Shown here piece after piece: positions 63,116 through 64,000 of a stretch of 64,000 nt of DNA. Every line of letters starts with the position of its first letter. Within the stretch, counting starts at the first letter, position 1. The DNA lies in assembly GCA_043228905.1 (NCBI GenBank), contig JBHGNT010000012.1, positions 11,904,001 to 11,968,000 on the forward strand, read 5' to 3'. The notes beneath the pieces were generated by a model that worked only from the letters and a program-made list of their open reading frames with translations, was not told the DNA's origin and did not search any database. The DNA is from Azolla caroliniana. Taxonomy: Eukaryota; Plantae; Polypodiophyta. The translations under genes were made by a program, and so were the position numbers.

Positions 63116-64000
63116 CTGTCCTTTTTTACTCTACCGCCAATCCTGCCATTTTCAGCGCTGACTTCCCCTTTGTCAATTGGCTCCGACTTCGGCCCGTTCT
63201 TTCAGCCACTCCCCCTACATCTGGCTCGTCTCCACTTAACCAATCTTCTTCCATTTGTCCACACGTCCGACATGTCCTCGGCTTCTTCAGCCGATTTGGA
63301 CGTTTTAACTCCTTCACTCGTTCCAAATCAAATTCTACATTTGGTCCGACTCTTGGACATCATCTCTCTCCATCTTTCGAACTTCACTCCTCCCCCTCAA
63401 GTTCAGCATGTCAAGGCGCGTAAGACAAGCATGCTTGAAAAATTCCGCAAATTGTCTAGGCCGAGGGGTTTGGTGAAGATATCGGCAGCCTGCCGATCCG
63501 TTGAAACATACACCAGTTCGACTTCACCGGAGAAGACTCTCCCACAGACAAAATGATAGTGCACCTCGATGTGCTCTTTCTAGGCATGGAAGACAGGGTT
63601 CTTCGCAAGTTGGATGTTTCTAAGGTTGTCGTAGTATATCATTGTTGGTTCAGACACCTCCATTTGCAAATCCCTTAACAACCTCTTGAGCCATATGGCT
63701 TCGCATGTCGCAACATGCTCTCCTCGATATTTGGCCTCATTGGTCGACAATGCAATGGTCGGTTGCTTCTTATTGCTCCGGGGGATCGCGGCACTTCCCA
63801 ATGAAAACATGAATCTGGATGTTGACTTGCAATCGCCGACATTTCCCGAAGAAGTTTACACCATCCAGGAACCCTCTTCATCCAGCCTAGTCATCATCTA
63901 TGTAGTCAAGAAGTTGTTCAGCTACGCCTATCTGATACAACAATGCCCTATCCTTAGTGCCGCTAACATATCTCAGGATCCTTTGTGCACACTGAGGTTG

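Larger units (their letters stand above)
56855..64000 (-). mobile_element. Element L: 3' part of a Copia of the D/E/G group, extension interrupted by J; continues beyond the window
   Basis: 3' LTR ~56855-57272; PPT 57273-57284; extension 57285-57719 and 63116-63400; RNase H 63400-64000. Confidence 0.85.

Overview
The window is gene-free, fully nested LTR-retrotransposon DNA from a plant genome. A bryophyte/moss-like host is inferred from the element types and is not proven. About 15 elements or fragments can be resolved; seven retain both ends and a target-site duplication (TSD). Gypsy elements: two Athila/OTA-like (A 54-14323; K, split over 20.6-56.9 kb), two tRNA-Trp-primed non-chromovirus elements (P; M 47207-54181), and chromoviruses F (28106-55318), N and a rearranged Tcn1/Tf1-like element I (36056-44370), plus an unclassified LTR remnant H. 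Copia elements: one intact young Ale-type element B (5568-10678, TG..TA ends), a Tnt1-like element J, and related elements D, E, G, L (and probably C) with a Pol C-terminal extension. Inferred nesting reaches six levels. Most notable observations: (1) outward-facing tRNA-derived A-box/B-box modules in the U3 of three different LTR families, next to heat-shock element arrays in two of them; (2) a conserved ~200-codon extension after Copia RNase H, bracketed by two copies of the polypurine tract (PPT); (3) a -1 frameshift pseudoknot placed after the protease in M; (4) mitosis-specific (MSA) motifs and telo-boxes in the leader of B; (5) probable self-priming in I. All coordinates were read by eye and lineage names are by resemblance only.
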